Source: Oleiphilaceae bacterium
GTDB lineage: Bacteria > Pseudomonadota > Gammaproteobacteria > Pseudomonadales > Oleiphilaceae
Assembly (NCBI GenBank): GCA_041589495.1
Contig: JBFHVM010000001.1
Location: 1-38,337 of the forward strand
Length of the DNA stretch: 38,337 bases
Direction of reading: 5' to 3'
In this document: positions 21,856 through 31,126 of the stretch, one piece after another
How the letters are laid out: every line of letters starts with the position of its first letter
How positions within the stretch are numbered: position 1 is the first letter of the stretch
Program-made: the position numbers and the translations under genes
Notes under the pieces: model-generated
What the model saw: the letters and a program-made list of their open reading frames with translations, nothing else
Told to the model about the DNA's origin: nothing
Database searches by the model: none

Positions 21856-22632
21856 TTATCGCGGACTATAGTGGCGCTTAAGCCACTGGCTGAGCCCTTC
21901 CAAACCCGGAAATAAAACCCGTTCGGTGATGTTGGCCTGATCCAGCTTGTCGCGAATTTCCCACTTGATCTTGGCAGGAATAATGATTTTTTCGCACTCT
22001 GTGCTGCCCATGGTCGATTCCAGGCTCATACCGGGATTGGAGGTGACCGAGAATAAACCATGCTGGTTAACAATGCGGGCATCTACAGAGGGGGGCTCGA
22101 AGAATATAAAAAACGGATGCGACGAAAGCTGTTCAAAAGCATCAAGGCTGGTGACCAGACTGTCGAGCATTTCTACCGTAAATACATTGCCGCCTTCCTG
22201 TTCCAGACAGGCTTTTAGCGCGCCTGGAAGTTGGCGGTAACAGTCGTGATAATTCACCTTCCAGATTACGCCATCCACGTCGGCATAGCGAATTTCGGCC
22301 GTAGCGAAATGCATCCCTACCAAAGGTGAGTAAGTCCAGTCGAGCAGGCGGGTGGGTAAGCCGTGGTGTTGTCCCATGGTGAGCCAATGCCACACGGATT
22401 CGTCCGCCTGAAAGCTGCGATGGCCGTATTTGCGAAAGTTGCGCAAAAGGTGCTTTTCCAATTGCGGAAAATCGCCACCCAGTCGCATGAGCGAGGTGGC
22501 GAGAGAAAACTCGTGGTTGCCCATGCCGCGAAAAGCATAGGGCGAACGGTGTCGCTGTATATGGTCATTCCAGGAACCGGAAAATAAAATTTCCTGAAGG
22601 TGTTCCCAGGATTCAGCTGTCACCGTTTGCAT
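21856..22632 (-). CDS. FRG-domain protein
   Basis: RBS GGAGTGAGGG. Near-N-terminal YAFRGMGNHEFSLATSL (FRG motif), followed by LRNF...HHGLPTRLLDWT..PLV..HFA, a pattern I associate with Pfam FRG. 258 aa. Confidence 0.65.
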   Translation of the reverse strand: MQTVTAESWEHLQEILFSGSWNDHIQRHRSPYAFRGMGNHEFSLATSLMRLGGDFPQLEKHLLRNFRKYGHRSFQADESVWHWLTMGQHHGLPTRLLDWTYSPLVGMHFATAEIRYADVDGVIWKVNYHDCYRQLPGALKACLEQEGGNVFTVEMLDSLVTSLDAFEQLSSHPFFIFFEPPSVDARIVNQHGLFSVTSNPGMSLESTMGSTECEKIIIPAKIKWEIRDKLDQANITERVLFPGLEGLSQWLKRHYSPR

Positions 22633-22687
22633 ACGCCCTCACTCCATCGCTAGCTCGCTATCAGCTTACGATAACACATACGGTGCA

Positions 22688-24337
22688 TTAAAGCGGTGAA
22701 CGTTGATCGTCTACCAGTACCAGGCTGTGTGCTTCGAACAAGGTGTCATCACATTCGCCGCTGACACCCGCTTCCTGTCCGAGGGAGGGGGTGCCGCCCA
22801 GCGATACTTCGCTACTGGAATCGGTAATGGTGACGGTAACCACTTGCACATCATCATTGAGCGTGACGTTAAGCGTATTCACGGTTTGTCCACACAAGCT
22901 GACGTCCTCAAGGGTTAGCACAATCTGGTCTTCGGTGACATCAGAGACTACGCCCACAGCTTGGTCCAACAGCTCAGGTTCTCCATCGAGTATCACCAAC
23001 GCGGCGTTGAGCCACATGTTTTGGAGTTCCTCGGTCATGATTACTCCGTCTACCTCGGCATGCATGCCTTGCCTGATCGCCGTGTAGTCGAGCAGCTGAC
23101 CCTGTTTCGTCACGATGCGCGTGCCGTTTCTGGTCTCATCGCCCGCCTGCAATACGACAGGTAGGGGGTTACGGTTAATCGTCGGTTCAGGGGGCAACTC
23201 CAGTTCGAATCCGTTCATGTCGGCATCGTTCGCGGGCTTTCCTTCAAGGCTGGCAAAGACACCCTGCTTCAGCACAAGCGCATCGACGCGCAAGCGTGGC
23301 CAATGGCGTTTGCCGTTTATGCCTTCGTGATCGACCACGACCAGATGATCGTCAAGTTCTTCGGGAATAAAATCACAGTCGATACTCAGTTCCTGTTCGT
23401 TCGCGCCCGCGTAGAGATCCCATACGATACATTCACCCAGGTCTGGCAGGTCACCAAGATCAATCTCAGGCCAATCTTCAAAGAGCTGCGGGCGCTTGGG
23501 CCAACCCACAATCGCGAGCTCCTGACCAATCTGGTCTTCGTTAAACAAAGATTCAAGCACCTGTGGCGCTCCAGCCTCGGTGATATTATCAAACAGTGCG
23601 GAGTGCTCATCGAGAGACACCAGAACACAGCCAGCACTGTCTGCATCCATGGTTGGTAAAGCGTGGCATAGCAGTATTTGCTGCGAATTTTCATCATAAG
23701 CGGCGATTTTGCCTTCTAGGCGCACGAGTCTGGCAACAAAATCATCTTCTACCGCATCAACAAAGACCACAGGGCGGAACTGGTAACCATTGTTGTTACC
23801 AATAACGTGGATGGAGCGGCGGGCATCTATATCCAGCTGCAGGGCGAGTGTTGCGCCATCTTCCACTTCAATGCAATCACGAATGTTCAGATCGAGTTTA
23901 CGGTTGCCAGGTAGTTTCGGATATTCGGGATCTGCACCCGCATCAGCGAAAATCAGCTCGAGCCCGTCCTGGGCCAATGTCAGGCGCACCTTGCAATATT
24001 CACCTACTGGAACGCCGTCGGTAAAGGAAAAGGGGATAGATTCGTGCCGCAGTCGTAATAAGTCGAAGGTGTCTGCGGGGCCATCGAACAGTGTGACGCG
24101 TTCTTCGTCGTCACCCATCAATTCTATTTTCTCAATGGTCACATTAATGGACGAAAACAGATCGGGGTCTGCAGGTGCGTCGGTGAGGAGTATGCCTACG
24201 GTTCCGGTGCCCTTGCCCGAATTCGTACTTTTTGTGTCGTTACTACCGCTGCTACAACCCTGAAGCAAAGCGAGTGCGCAGAGAGTAAAAAAAAGAACGA
24301 GTAAATTTAAGGTGGTGCGTGAATGGTTATGCCGCAT
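22688..24337 (-). CDS. DUF4382-like outer-surface/periplasmic lipoprotein with an extended C-terminal region
   Basis: RBS GGGGAGGG. Lipobox LLQGC-SSG. N-terminal module GTVGILLTDAP...INVTIEKIEL...FDLLRL...GEYCKVRL...LQLDIDARRSIH resembles DUF4382. 549 aa. Confidence 0.6.
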   Translation of the reverse strand: MRHNHSRTTLNLLVLFFTLCALALLQGCSSGSNDTKSTNSGKGTGTVGILLTDAPADPDLFSSINVTIEKIELMGDDEERVTLFDGPADTFDLLRLRHESIPFSFTDGVPVGEYCKVRLTLAQDGLELIFADAGADPEYPKLPGNRKLDLNIRDCIEVEDGATLALQLDIDARRSIHVIGNNNGYQFRPVVFVDAVEDDFVARLVRLEGKIAAYDENSQQILLCHALPTMDADSAGCVLVSLDEHSALFDNITEAGAPQVLESLFNEDQIGQELAIVGWPKRPQLFEDWPEIDLGDLPDLGECIVWDLYAGANEQELSIDCDFIPEELDDHLVVVDHEGINGKRHWPRLRVDALVLKQGVFASLEGKPANDADMNGFELELPPEPTINRNPLPVVLQAGDETRNGTRIVTKQGQLLDYTAIRQGMHAEVDGVIMTEELQNMWLNAALVILDGEPELLDQAVGVVSDVTEDQIVLTLEDVSLCGQTVNTLNVTLNDDVQVVTVTITDSSSEVSLGGTPSLGQEAGVSGECDDTLFEAHSLVLVDDQRSPL

Positions 24338-24433
24338 AAGAAGTCCCTCCCCTTGGATTCGTCATTGTAACGCGCTTACACAATGTTACGAAAGGGCTAA
24401 TTATTGACCAGTTTCTCGTTGGTGTTGGTGCGC

Positions 24434-25474
24434 TTAAAAATACTTAAAATGGAGCGCTTTTTGGCATACGGGCTTTATCATCAGTCCTGCTCGTTGGCCG
24501 GCCGGCACCTCGGGGTTGGGAAAGAGGATCAACTCTTCTTGTGCCTCGACGACATAGCGTTCTGTGGTTGTGTGCCAAATGAGATCACCGCGCTTGTAAG
24601 CTGTAAAGTTGGCGGCATTATCGGGTATACACAGCGAAAACCCATCGCCTCGATGGATGATTTCATGCGTTACGACATAGTGTGTCAGTTCTTCTGAGGA
24701 CGAGGGGGTAGTGGCGTTTGTCAGGCAGGATCTCAGTGTGACATAGGCGTCCTCAAAGGTTGCGAGGTCATTGTTGCCAAAAGGTTGAACCTTTCCTAAC
24801 TCAACCGTGTAGCTTTCCGTACCAAAGGTGCGCGCTGTATACGCTGAGAAGGTTGTACTCGGGTGGTTCTGGTGTACCACGGCGCTAATGCCCATTTGCT
24901 GCAACCGCTTTAATTGGGCCGGGTTGGGCGTGTTTTTTCTATCTGGTCGAAATGGATACAGCGCGAAGCGTTCCACTAGCGAAGGGCGAATCGCAGTATG
25001 CAGATCGTAATGTTCGGCAATTTTGTGTTCCTGGGCGAAGTTGCCCACGGTAGCTTCCAGCACCCGGGCGCGATTGGCATCACTGGTATCCCGGAAGGCT
25101 TCCTGTCGGTGGGTTTCCAGAAACAGACGGTTCATATTCACGCTGACAAAACGTTGCTCCCGACGCATGGCTTCTGGGTGCCCCATAATCAGCATGCAGG
25201 GCCGGCGCGGCTGCAAATCGCCCATAATGATGTCGTGTACGAGCCGATTAAGAATTTCGATAGGCGCCGTTTCGTTACCATGTATGCCGCTTGATAAAAT
25301 CAGGCCTTGCTCGCTACTCTTATCCGGTATGATGACCAAAATGCCGAGTGCAGGCACATAGAGCGAGGCATGATCCAGATGCAGCTCGCGGGGATAATCC
25401 AGGGCCGGGTTTTGCAGACAGGCGGTAAGCATGTCACCGCTGTCTCCAAATAAGGCCTGCGCTGCCTGAGCCAT
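24434..25474 (-). CDS. astE: succinylglutamate desuccinylase
   Basis: SSGIHGNETAPIE zinc-site block of the AstE/aspartoacylase family. 346 aa. Starts 6 nt after the hisM stop. Confidence 0.85.
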   Translation of the reverse strand: MAQAAQALFGDSGDMLTACLQNPALDYPRELHLDHASLYVPALGILVIIPDKSSEQGLILSSGIHGNETAPIEILNRLVHDIIMGDLQPRRPCMLIMGHPEAMRREQRFVSVNMNRLFLETHRQEAFRDTSDANRARVLEATVGNFAQEHKIAEHYDLHTAIRPSLVERFALYPFRPDRKNTPNPAQLKRLQQMGISAVVHQNHPSTTFSAYTARTFGTESYTVELGKVQPFGNNDLATFEDAYVTLRSCLTNATTPSSSEELTHYVVTHEIIHRGDGFSLCIPDNAANFTAYKRGDLIWHTTTERYVVEAQEELILFPNPEVPAGQRAGLMIKPVCQKALHFKYF

Positions 25475-25480
25475 GATGTG

Positions 25481-26200
25481 TTACGAGACTGGTCGTAGAT
25501 GCGCCATCAGGCGATCTTCGAGTTTTCGGAAAGCGAATATCAATGCGAAGGTGAGGCAAAGATAAATCGCGGCGACAAATAAAAATGCATCGAAGGGGGC
25601 GTAGTAGCGCGCATAAATATCCCGCGCGGCACCGGTGAGGTCGACGATGGTGACCACGCTGGCTATAGAGCTGGCATGCAGCATAAAAATAACTTCGTTG
25701 GCATAGGCTGGCAGGGCGCGGCGCATTGCACTGGGAAGAATAATGCGGCGTAGCTGCTGGGCTCGTGACATACCATAGGCCTTGGCGGCTTCGATTTCAC
25801 CTTTGGGGGTGGTTTCTATGGCCCCCCGAATGATCTCGGTGGTGTAGGCTGCCGTGTTCAGTACAAAGGCAATCAGGCAGGGGTAAAAGGCTTCGCTGAG
25901 TATTTCCCAGAAAATGGTTTGCTGAATGCCAGTAATCTGAGCCGTGCCGTAGTAGATAAGATAAAGTTGGACCAATAAAGGCGTACCCCGGAAGCAATAG
26001 ACATAGGCCCAAATGGGCTTGCTGATCCATGGATTTTGAGAGGTGCGCAGAATGCCTAGGGGCAGGGCGATGGCCAGGCCAATTATCAGCGAGAGAAAGA
26101 CCAGCTGTACTGTGGTGACCAGGCCGTCCCAATAGTGCAGCAGGGTCGGCGGGTTGAAGATTTCGTTATCGGCAAACAGGGCAAGAAAGCTTTCCATCAC
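25481..26200 (-). CDS. hisM: basic amino acid (Arg/Orn/His/Lys) ABC transporter permease
   Basis: The start overlaps the hisQ stop (TAGTGATG). FRGTPLLVQLYLIYYG and the EAA-loop block EAAKAYGMSRAQQLRRIILP are present. Confidence 0.85.
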   Translation of the reverse strand: MMESFLALFADNEIFNPPTLLHYWDGLVTTVQLVFLSLIIGLAIALPLGILRTSQNPWISKPIWAYVYCFRGTPLLVQLYLIYYGTAQITGIQQTIFWEILSEAFYPCLIAFVLNTAAYTTEIIRGAIETTPKGEIEAAKAYGMSRAQQLRRIILPSAMRRALPAYANEVIFMLHASSIASVVTIVDLTGAARDIYARYYAPFDAFLFVAAIYLCLTFALIFAFRKLEDRLMAHLRPVS

Positions 26201-26901
26201 TACGCTCCCGTCGTGCCGACATTGTATTTACGTTTTAGAATATTAAAGCCCCATTCCGACAGCGCTGTAAGTGCGAGGTAAACGGCCGCCACCGGAATCA
26301 AAAAGGTAAAGGGTTCATGCACCGCTTTTGCGGCCTCAGAGGCGAGGCGTACCATGTCGGCCAGACCAATAATCGAGACCAGAGCGGTGGTTTTGAGCAT
26401 AACTAGCCAGTTGTTACCCAAACCGGGCAGCGCATGGCGCATCATCTGCGGGAACATAATACGGTGAAAAATCTGCCAGCGACTCATGCCGTAAGCCTTG
26501 CCCGCTTCAATCTGCCCCGGGTCAACCGATTGAAAGGCACCGCGAAAGGTTTCGGCCATGTAGGCGCCAAAAATAAAACCGATGGTCACCACGCCGGCGA
26601 CAAATTCGTTGATATTAAAAAACACATCGATGGCGTATTCTTCATAAAGCCAGTCGGAAAAGTTATTCATCATCATCTGGCCGCCAAAGAAAATCAGCAG
26701 CATTAACACCAGGTCGGGCACGCCACGAATGATCGTGGTGTAGGTGGTGGCGATACCTTTGAGCACCAAATTGTCAGACAACTTGGCTAGGGCTCCCAGC
26801 AAGCCCAGCAGCAGTGCCAGCAATAAAGACAGCACGGCGACTTCGATGGTGAGAATGGCGCCACCAAAAATAGAAGGTCCGTAACCGTGTAGATCGATCA
26901 T
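26200..26901 (-). CDS. hisQ: basic amino acid ABC transporter permease
   Basis: GGAILTIEVAVLSLLLALLLGLLGALAKLS, IRGVPDLVLMLLIFFG and EAGKAYGMSRWQIFHRIMFP blocks are present. Confidence 0.85.
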   Translation of the reverse strand: MIDLHGYGPSIFGGAILTIEVAVLSLLLALLLGLLGALAKLSDNLVLKGIATTYTTIIRGVPDLVLMLLIFFGGQMMMNNFSDWLYEEYAIDVFFNINEFVAGVVTIGFIFGAYMAETFRGAFQSVDPGQIEAGKAYGMSRWQIFHRIMFPQMMRHALPGLGNNWLVMLKTTALVSIIGLADMVRLASEAAKAVHEPFTFLIPVAAVYLALTALSEWGFNILKRKYNVGTTGA

Positions 26902-26995
26902 GTGTTTGGTTCGTTATCCTGTCGAACGCTGGAAACTGAATGCTAGAAGCCTACTTCCGGCTTCAGGCATCCAACTTCCAGCCACGATTTTGGGT

Positions 26996-27757
26996 TTAAA
27001 TCTTAATACTGTACGAGAAGTACTTATTCATAATCTTGTCGTAAGTACCGTCGTCTTTCAGCTTCTTAAGTGCTTTGTTGAACTTGTCGGCCAGTTCGGT
27101 ATCGCGCTTGCGGAATGCAACGCCAACGCCGTCACCCACCTGTACCTTTGCACCCATGGTTTGGTAGCTGTTGTCTTTGAGAATGGTTGACTCACCGACA
27201 GGGAAGTCCAGAAATACCAAATCAATTCTGCCGCCGGTCAGGTCCAGTACCAGATCATCAGCGGTGGTATAACGCTTAACTTCAACTACGTCGCCAAAAT
27301 TGTCAGTGACATAGCCATCCTGCAGTGTGCCGCGCTGAACGCCAACACGCTTGCCTTTCATGGATGCCTTGCTCGTCACATCAACGACCGTACCCTTCTT
27401 GGCGAACCAGGCCGAAGGCGTGTTGTAGTAGCCTTCAGAGAATAAAACTTTTTTGGCACGCTCTTCAGTGATGGACATAGACGACATAATCGCATCGTAT
27501 TTGCGCGCCAGCAGGCCAGGAATAATGCCGTCCCATGCTTGTACTACCCACTCGCACTCAGCACCGATTTCTTTACATACTGCGTTGCCCAGATCGACTT
27601 CAAAGCCGGTGAGTGTGCCGTCGGGTGCACGGAACTCGAAGGGCTCATAAGGCACATCTACGGCGATTTTCAGTTTCATGTGACCGTGTCCGTCTGCATG
27701 CAGGGCAGTACTCGCCAGGGCCAATACACAACTTAACGCAAAGGCTAATAGTTTCAT
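26996..27757 (-). CDS. argT: periplasmic lysine/arginine/ornithine-binding protein
   Basis: RBS GGAGCAAG. Signal peptide ending ...ALASTALHA-DG. Motifs PYEPFEF, GFEVDLGNAVC...C (disulfide pair) and WDGIIPGLLARKYDAIMSSMSIT. Confidence 0.85.
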   Translation of the reverse strand: MKLLAFALSCVLALASTALHADGHGHMKLKIAVDVPYEPFEFRAPDGTLTGFEVDLGNAVCKEIGAECEWVVQAWDGIIPGLLARKYDAIMSSMSITEERAKKVLFSEGYYNTPSAWFAKKGTVVDVTSKASMKGKRVGVQRGTLQDGYVTDNFGDVVEVKRYTTADDLVLDLTGGRIDLVFLDFPVGESTILKDNSYQTMGAKVQVGDGVGVAFRKRDTELADKFNKALKKLKDDGTYDKIMNKYFSYSIKI

Positions 27758-27838
27758 CTTACTTGCTCCAGTTTCGTCTTTTTTTGGTTTTAGTGCATCG
27801 GTAAGTGTCTACCGATTATTATTGTGAACCTAAAGGTT

Positions 27839-28609
27839 CTAGTACTTCGGTTGTAAAAACTGCTTTATGCGTTCCGAATCCGGGTTGTCGAAGACCTTGG
27901 CGGGCGTGCCTTGTTCTTCAATTTTGCCTTCATGTAAAAACAGCACTTTGGAAGACACATCCTTGGCGAAAGCCATTTCGTGCGTTACCACTATCATGGT
28001 GCGGCCTTCTTCGGCCAGGCCTCGCATGACCTTGAGTACTTCTCCGACCAGCTCGGGGTCAAGAGCCGAGGTGGGTTCGTCGAACAAGAGTACTTCGGGT
28101 TCCATCGCCAGGGCTCGGGCAATGGCGGCGCGTTGTTTCTGACCACCCGACATTTGCGCAGGGTAGTAGTGTTTACGCTCGTAAATGCCCACTTTATTCA
28201 GGAGTTTCTCCGCGCGTTCGATGGCTTCTTTACGAGGAATACCCAGCACATGAATGGGCGCTTCGATAATATTTTCGAGTACCGTCATGTGTGACCAGAG
28301 ATTGAAACCCTGAAATACCATCGACAAACGGGCTCGCATGCGTTCTACCTGCTTGTGGTCGGCAGGTTCGCGTTCGCCACGTTTGTTGGTTTTGAACAGC
28401 ACGCTCTCACCATGCAGGGCAATATCGCCGGAGGTGGGAATTTCGAGCATGTTGATGCAACGCAGAAAGGTACTTTTACCCGAACCTGAAGAACCGATCA
28501 TGGAGATCACGTCTCCTTTGACGGTTTCGAGTGATACGCCCTTGAGCACTTCAAGGTCATGAAAACGTTTATGAAGATTGGTGACCACGAGCGGTCGCGC
28601 ATCTGCCAT
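27839..28609 (-). CDS. hisP: basic amino acid ABC transporter ATP-binding protein
   Basis: Start moved to the ATG at 28609 ([16 protein letters not shown]), 6 nt after GGAG. Walker [10 protein letters not shown], signature MSGGQKQR, Walker [12 protein letters not shown]. Confidence 0.9.
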   Translation of the reverse strand: MADARPLVVTNLHKRFHDLEVLKGVSLETVKGDVISMIGSSGSGKSTFLRCINMLEIPTSGDIALHGESVLFKTNKRGEREPADHKQVERMRARLSMVFQGFNLWSHMTVLENIIEAPIHVLGIPRKEAIERAEKLLNKVGIYERKHYYPAQMSGGQKQRAAIARALAMEPEVLLFDEPTSALDPELVGEVLKVMRGLAEEGRTMIVVTHEMAFAKDVSSKVLFLHEGKIEEQGTPAKVFDNPDSERIKQFLQPKY

Positions 28610-28661
28610 TGTGTACTCCGGTTTGTGTACCTGTTTAATAGTCGAATTTGGCCCTTGCGGC

Positions 28662-28698
28662 AAATAAAAAAACCGCTGGGCCGGTGTGGCGCAGCGGT
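28662..28698 (-). terminator. intrinsic-terminator-like hairpin in the leader of the ABC importer operon
   Basis: On the - strand: ACCGCTG (28698-28692), a 13-nt loop, CAGCGGT (28678-28672), then T-rich TTTTTTATTT. It ends about 55 nt upstream of the hisP ATG and about 280 nt downstream of the oxidase stop. Confidence 0.5.
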
Positions 28699-28974
28699 AA
28701 GATTTCGAGCTATTCGTCGTGTACTTCGGCGAGCGTGAGTTTGGCAGTGGCGGTCTTGCTTAAAGAGACGAAAAAACGCGTCGTGCAAAGACCGGTGCCG
28801 GCTCGAGCCGATGCCGGTGTTGCATGGGTATTTTCTTGGCAATGATTGTGATTAATAGAAACGAAGCGCATCACTTATAGTTTTATGCCAGCAGGCCGGA
28901 ATGCCACATAGTCTCGCCAATTGGTCATTAAATTGCAACATTGTTGTGCGGCATATCGCCCGTACAACGGCGTT

Positions 28975-30336
28975 TCAGGCGAATAAGCTGGCCAAATAGT
29001 CATTGAGAAAACGACCCGAGGGGTCGAGCTCTTGCCGAACCTCCTTAAAGGCCTCCCATTGCGGGTACATGATTTTGAACTGTGGGGCCTTGAGGGTATT
29101 GAATTTACCCCAATGCGGGCGACCACCATATCTAATCAGTAGGGGCTCTACGGCAGCGAAGAGTGGGCCATAGTCTTCCTCAAAATAACGATGCACGGCT
29201 AAAGATATCGTATCGCGCTGGTAGAAAGGGCTCAGCCAGGCGTCTTCCCCGGCGATAAAACGACATTCAATGGGGAAGAACACTTCCGGAAATTGCGTTT
29301 CGATCAATTCGCGTATTTCTTTCAGAGCTTGCAGGCCGCTATCTACTGGCAAGTGGTATTCCATTTCGTTAAAGCGCACATGCCGTTCGGTGGCATAAAT
29401 AGCATAGGAATAATCGGTGTTGCTGCTGGGTTCGATACTGCGCATATAAGTGCTCAATATCATTTCGCGCAATTTGCTGGACCAACCCAGATAATCACGT
29501 GCGGTTTTCAGATCAAGCACGCCGCTGTTGCCATCCAGTTCGTGCCCCTCCTGCGCAGGGTCTGCAGTAGGGTTGAGATAGTCACCCAGAGTCATACCGG
29601 TGAATGGGAAATAATAAAATTCGAAGTTGCGGTTAGCGGCGGCCATTGAAAGGGCCTGTTCCATACACTCCTCTACCGGCATCCAGCGCGCTTCTCGTTT
29701 AAGGCGGAAGGGCTCCCTATTTTGCAGGGTAATGCGAGTGACAATGCCCAGTGCGCCCAAATTGACCTGGGCAGCTCTGAATACGTCTGGGTTTTCGCTC
29801 TCATTGCAGCGCAATAGCTCGCCATTGGCGAGTGCCAGTTCCAGTTCGGTCACGTATGAAGACAAACTACCCAACTCACGGCCAGTACCGTGTGTTGCAG
29901 TAGCAACGCAGCCGGCCAGTGTTTGCTGGTCTATATCGGGCATATTAATGAGAGCCTGCCCCTGATTGTGTAAGGCCGGGCCAATGTCCTGCAGGACAGT
30001 ACCGCCCAAAATGGTTGCTTGCAGGCGTTCTGCATCGACACTTTCAATGCCAGTTAATCGCCGGGTCGACAATAATAGGTGATCGGTGGGCACCAGTGGC
30101 GAAAAAGAGTGCCCAGAGCCAACAGCACGAATTTTATTTGTGTCTGATCGCAGAAGTTCCTGTAGTTCAGCGACAGAAGAAGGTGCCACACGGCGTGAGG
30201 GAATACACCGTTGATTGCCTGACCAGTTACGCCAGGGATATTGTTTGTTCGTGGCTGCGGCACTCAGCGCAATATTTGGCATTGCACCGGCCAGGGTGGT
30301 GGCTATGAGGCCTTTCAGAAGCTGTCGACGTTCCAT
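28975..30336 (-). CDS. Tat-exported FAD-linked sugar-1,4-lactone oxidase-like oxidoreductase (ALO/GULO family)
   Basis: Twin-arginine signal MERRQLLKGLIATTLAGAMPNIALSAAA. FAD_binding_4-like AVGSGHSFS. C-terminal ALO hallmark GGRPHWGK. The ORF-track GTG at 30375 is an alternative start. Confidence 0.8.
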   Translation of the reverse strand: MERRQLLKGLIATTLAGAMPNIALSAAATNKQYPWRNWSGNQRCIPSRRVAPSSVAELQELLRSDTNKIRAVGSGHSFSPLVPTDHLLLSTRRLTGIESVDAERLQATILGGTVLQDIGPALHNQGQALINMPDIDQQTLAGCVATATHGTGRELGSLSSYVTELELALANGELLRCNESENPDVFRAAQVNLGALGIVTRITLQNREPFRLKREARWMPVEECMEQALSMAAANRNFEFYYFPFTGMTLGDYLNPTADPAQEGHELDGNSGVLDLKTARDYLGWSSKLREMILSTYMRSIEPSSNTDYSYAIYATERHVRFNEMEYHLPVDSGLQALKEIRELIETQFPEVFFPIECRFIAGEDAWLSPFYQRDTISLAVHRYFEEDYGPLFAAVEPLLIRYGGRPHWGKFNTLKAPQFKIMYPQWEAFKEVRQELDPSGRFLNDYLASLFA

Positions 30337-30646
30337 GATATGCCCATTATTGACTGTTATGTGAATATTGTTCACGTTTTATTGTATAAAATCTACCCCC
30401 GCCGTTCCATATAGCAAAAACACTTGTTCCTGAGCTGGATTTTTGTGAAGGAGATTTGTCTTTACACTGGGCAACCTGGTTCTATTGGTTGACCTCCTGA
30501 ACGGTGGAGGATCGATGTTTTTCTTAGTGGAATCATACTGCAAATGGATTGCCGCCTGCGCGGTATTAACTGTGTTGTTGCAATGACAGCGGCCCGAGTA
30601 ACTGTCACTGACGATCAATAAATTTAATAAATAAGGAGTTTCGCTC

Positions 30647-31063
30647 GTGGAGAAAATCGCTATTGTTTATCCGGCTATTGCTATGTTTTTGCTGACGATA
30701 GGGCTGATATTATCGCTAGGCATTTCGCGCTTTTTCGCGATTCACAGTGGTAAGGTGAGTATCAAATATTATCGTTTGTACAACGAAGGCAAGCAGCCGG
30801 ATTACCTGCACTTGCGCGGGCGACACGTGCAAAACCTGTTTGAAGTGCCGCCCCTGTTTTACGCAGGCGTATTGTTTACCTATGTCACCGATCAGGTAAC
30901 TCTCATAGCCATCAGTGCCGCCTGGGCTTTCGTTGCCCTGCGTGTGGTACACAGTGTTATACATCTCACCAGCAATAATGTCAGCATGCGTTTCTTTGCT
31001 TTTGGGCTGAGTCTGTTGGCCCTTACCGTATTGTGGTTGCATCTATTGTGGCGGTTACTGTAA
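30647..31063 (+). CDS. MAPEG-family membrane protein
   Basis: GTG start 8 nt after AAGGAG. 138 aa, about 4 TM. NLFEVPPLFY and LRVVHSVIHL blocks are typical of MAPEG. Confidence 0.65.
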   Translation: MEKIAIVYPAIAMFLLTIGLILSLGISRFFAIHSGKVSIKYYRLYNEGKQPDYLHLRGRHVQNLFEVPPLFYAGVLFTYVTDQVTLIAISAAWAFVALRVVHSVIHLTSNNVSMRFFAFGLSLLALTVLWLHLLWRLL

Positions 31064-31126
31064 TGCATCGTCGCGGCCTCTAATCAGACAGATGGACTTT
31101 GGATTGTTTGGGTTGGATTGCCTCGG

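Noticed and set aside
24363-24390. Short inverted repeat TGTAA-CGCGC-TTACA with neighbouring cattgtaac/caatgttac words, between astE and the DUF4382 gene.
   Set aside because: The arms are only 5 bp and the flanks are imperfect, so it could easily occur by chance. That is not enough to call an operator or terminator.
10991-24433. Genomic island or mobile element between the two arginine loci.
   Set aside because: I found no integrase, transposase, tRNA, flanking direct repeats or phage genes at or near the borders, and composition does not look obviously different by eye. I therefore report only a synteny observation, not a mobile element.
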